Source: Lama guanicoe (Eukaryota). From it: a stretch of 64,000 nucleotides of DNA. The notes below the pieces were generated by a model. That model searched no databases. It was not told the DNA's origin and was given only the letters and a program-made list of their open reading frames with translations. Numbering within the stretch: position 1 is the stretch's first letter; every line of letters begins with the position of its first letter. The DNA is taken from positions 1,807,757-1,871,756 of the forward strand of contig MU054187.1 in the NCBI GenBank assembly GCA_013239625.1. The letters run 5' to 3'. Below are positions 60,601-64,000 of the stretch, piece by piece. The position numbers were made by a program, and so were the translations under genes.

Positions 60601-63111
60601 GGGACTTTCCACAAACTCTTTCCCTCATGTGTAGCAGCCACGACCAGAATTTTGACTTTCCAAAAAGAATATATGAAACATCTTTTTGACATTGGTTGTT
60701 CATTTCTAAAAATAACCGATGTTGTCATGTTGACAGCACACCCTCCCCCCCCCCAAAAAAGATCTCTTCTCTCCCAGTGAGATGTCAGATTTGGGATCTC
60801 GCTGGTAAATTTTGTGATCTCAGAAATCATTTCCACTTGACTTTGTCTCAGAGGAAAAAAGTGTACTGAGTATCATTGCACATCAAATATTCTCCGTTGC
60901 AAATTTGCTCGTTTCAAAAATGTATATGAACAAAGGCATTACTGATGCAGTGTAAATGCAGTTGCACCAAGACATTTTGTTCTGAAATCCTTATCAACGA
61001 AGATACAATCTTTTTTTACCAAAGAAAAAAGAAAAAAAGAGAGAGAGACAGACAGAAACAGCATGTAAAACAGGACCAAGGCTATATCGCAGCAGAAACC
61101 AGACACAGAAGTTCAAATAAACATCAGAAAAGCCAGCTACATGCTTCCAAACTTCACCCTTCAGCGCTCCCAGTTTCTTTCCCCTCCCAGAAACGAAACT
61201 ACACATTGCGACTTCAGACACGGAAACTTACTAAAATTCTGAGCGGCGCCCAGCACGGAGCAAGCACTGGGCGCTTCCAAAGTTTTCGACTTACTTTGTT
61301 GTTTGTTTCCCAAACTTCGCTCTCTCCCCTCCCGGGTGTGCTGCGCGGACGCACTAAAGCTGTTTCTTTGAAAGGTAGTTCCCATGATATGCCATCCAGC
61401 GCCTTTGACTGCAGAGAGATAAGCACCTGCGTCTGCGCCCCCTCCTTACGTCACACCTCCCTATTCAGACCTCCTCGACAGGACTCGCATTTGCACATCA
61501 ACAGCCTCGTGCGCATACCCAGATTTTTTTCGGCGCTGGGCCCAAAACTTTCACTTTAATTTTCATCACATGATTGCTGTGGCATATGTCCTTCCAAACC
61601 TCCCATATATCAGTCATCATGCAAATGAGATGGAATATCACTCCTCGGCAGCAGATGGCCAGGGATGATAACAATGGCCCGACAGAGGAGATTCAATGTC
61701 CCTGACTTTATCGCCACGGCAACAACAACCTAAAATATATGTAATGGAAGCGGTGCTTATTAATTTTGCAGGCTCGAGTGTTCTGATTTTGTGACTGAAT
61801 GGGCTGAGTTAAAAAGGGGGCCGTGTCCTCCTGCCTCTGGAAGACTATCTATAAAAGCCAGGGACCTGGAAATTATTTTCAGTGACTAAGAAGGCAACAG
61901 CCTAGCAATTATTTGAGTAATTAGGTGTAATTCCTCCCTGTAGGCCTTGTACCCTCCTGCGCTGGCTTCACAGAAGCTCGCGAATTACCCCGGCACAGAT
62001 ACTAAAAAGAAAAGCGCCTCAAGATACAGCAGGGGAGCTCGCGGGAGCCCTGTCACTTGGCCTCCACCAGGCTTGGTAAACACGAGCCCCGAGCTATAAG
62101 TAAATAGAGGCCCCACTTCACAAACACAGACCAATTAAAATGACAAAGGCGACCACACTTCTGGGTGGAGCTTCGCGGAGCTTTCTTGGCCCTGGGCTCC
62201 AGCACAGAATGGGCTCCAGTCCGCATCCCCTGGCGTTCCGTCCCTTCCCTGTCACGCTGGCCGCGGGCCGCACTCCCCTCTGCAGGCTGTGCCGCCGAGC
62301 TCACCAGGGAATTGCTGCCACTTCCCTCCCTGCCTCCCAGGGCTCTGCCTCGCCGTCCTAACGGCATTTGGTAACTAAATGACGGAAGACCCAGTCAGGC
62401 CTTCAGAAGGAGCAGCCGCCCACTGCCAAAAACAAGCGGGTGCTTTTAGGGGGCACGGGAGGACGCACAATCAAGGAGTAACATCTTGCCTCCAGATACG
62501 TGCCTGGAAACGATTTTTCAAACCCTCTTTGCCGTCGTTTCCTCTTAAGCAGCTACTTGGTGAGGGCTGAGCTTTTTGTTGGTTTGTGTGTAGGGCTGAA
62601 CCCCGTAGCAACGTTTGAGAAAGTTTCAGTCTGTTTTTCAAAGGAAAACCACCATGGCAGTAGCCTCTTACAAGAGCAGGCGACACTCTGTGTCCAGCAC
62701 AGAAAAAGGAAAAGACAGTAATAAGAACGTATCACCGTAGAAGAGAAAAACCACTAAAAAATTTAAAAAGGAATTAAAACCTCCCATCCATTCAATGTTC
62801 AACAAACCTCACAGGCACTGTGCCAGGCTCTCTGCACAGATGAGGAGTGAGAGAAAGGCCCTGAGCGTTCTCCTCCCGCAGGACCGACGGGGACTGCTGG
62901 AGACCCTTTCCCCAGCGTTCTCTGCGTCCCGGTTTCCTGAGAGGGCTCCCCACCCCTTCCCTGGCCCCAGCCTCCCTCCGAGCACACGCCCTCCAAGGGA
63001 CCTTCAGCACAAGTACCAGATAGCGTCCCCCGGGCTGCTGCAGTCCTGTCCTCCAAGTCTCTGTGAACCAAAGCAAAGCAGTCTACTGCTCGCTGGAACT
63101 GGGTGCAATAT

Positions 63112-63350
63112 ATTTTTTTTAATTTTTTTATTGACATGTAGTTGATTTCCAGTGTCAGTTTCAGGTGTCAGTTTCACTTATACATACATACATATTTTTT
63201 CTTTTCAGATTCTTTTCCATTTTGGGTTGTTATGAGAAATTGAATGTAGTTTCTTGTGCTGTACACTAGGTCTTTGTTGCCTGTCTATTCTGTATACAGT
63301 GATGTGTGTCTGTTAATCCCCAGCCCCTAGTTTATCCCTCCTCGCCCTCA
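63112..63350 (-). mobile_element. LINE-1 3' terminal fragment
   Basis: T-rich tail then 'ttgacatgtagttgatttccagtgtcagtttcaggtg...tgtgctgtacactaggtctttgttg...ctgttaatccc'. Confidence 0.85.
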
Positions 63351-63811
63351 CAACATGAGATTCTTTACAGCTTGACTTCAAGAACAGTTCCACTTCCCAT
63401 GTGACGACGGGGTGTGTTCGCTCAGACGTACAGTCCTGCCTAGCATGCAGGCTATCAGTGCATCGATGTTTTGCAGGACATTTGACATTGTAAAGAATCT
63501 GACGGCCTAGCGCAAAATTTCGTTGTGCAGTTTAAAGGGAATACTCCAGTGTAAGGATGCATGAGGGGCAGCGAAAGTTCCACCTGAAAACCCCCACAAT
63601 GGGAGTGCACGGGACTTACACCCACTCTTGAGAACGCCTTCCTGAGTTACCAGCCTGTCCCTGAGTGAACCATCCGGGATGTCGCGTGTACAGTGTAGTG
63701 ATAACGTCAATTCCTGGCTGACAGACCAGGCACCTGACCAATCTCAGGACTTTAACAGGTACGACGAACACTGAAATAAATAATCCCCTATTATCGAAAA
63801 CTTTAAAAAAG

Positions 63812-64000
63812 AACAGCTTTGTTGAAATATAAATGATATACCAAATTCGTTACCCTTTTAAATTACACAATTTAATGATGTTTAGAGCATTCATAGTCGT
63901 GCGATCATTACCACAATTCTAGGGCGTTTTCATCAGCCCCCAAAGACACGCCAAAACCATCGGCAGCCACTCCCCATTCCGACCCCTCCCCGCTCAGCCA
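63812..64000 (-). mobile_element. Old L1 (L1MB-like) 3' end running off the window edge
   Basis: 'aacagctttgttgaaatataaatgatatacc...cccttttaaattacacaatttaatgatgtttag...ttttcatcagccccca'. Confidence 0.8.

Noticed and set aside
60945..61559. 204-aa plus-strand ORF
   Set aside because: Non-ATG start, low-complexity A-rich segments and no recognisable domain.
61848..61860. TATAAAAG box as an antisense promoter
   Set aside because: An isolated motif is expected by chance; no supporting transcript structure.

Overview
Mammalian genomic DNA, most likely a camelid (five copies of a tRNA-Ala-derived, Vic-1-like SINE plus cetartiodactyl-type L1 3' ends). The window lies in the 5' part of ST18 (MYT1-family C2HC zinc-finger transcription factor, also called MYT3/NZF3) on the minus strand. 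The first three coding exons are 24305-24251 (starts exactly at the ATG), a 31-nt exon 20794-20764 and 976-777. They splice in frame to MDAEADDKTLRTRSKGTK-VPMESVIQELS-AAYDGSPAKKRRAGEPALGVPVNKRKSLLMKPRHY..., and the gene continues left of the window. The rest is intron with several candidate 5'-UTR exons and many transposon fossils. Notable items: (1) a ~2.4 kb, heavily GC-shifted ERV-L pol fossil (RT, RNase H, integrase, dUTPase) at ~6.3-8.7 kb, visible only as scattered ORF fragments; (2) patchy A/T-to-G/C substitution across old repeats and the ST18 exon, suggesting GC-biased gene conversion; (3) atypical retrotransposition products (3'-truncated L1 with a perfect TSD, SINE-L1 chimera, 5'-inverted L1); (4) a frame-determining 31-nt exon whose skipping gives a stop overlapping an in-frame AUG. 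Nearly all other ORFs in the track are spurious. I see no firm evidence for a wholly new biological system. Family assignments rest on remembered consensus sequences, not database searches.
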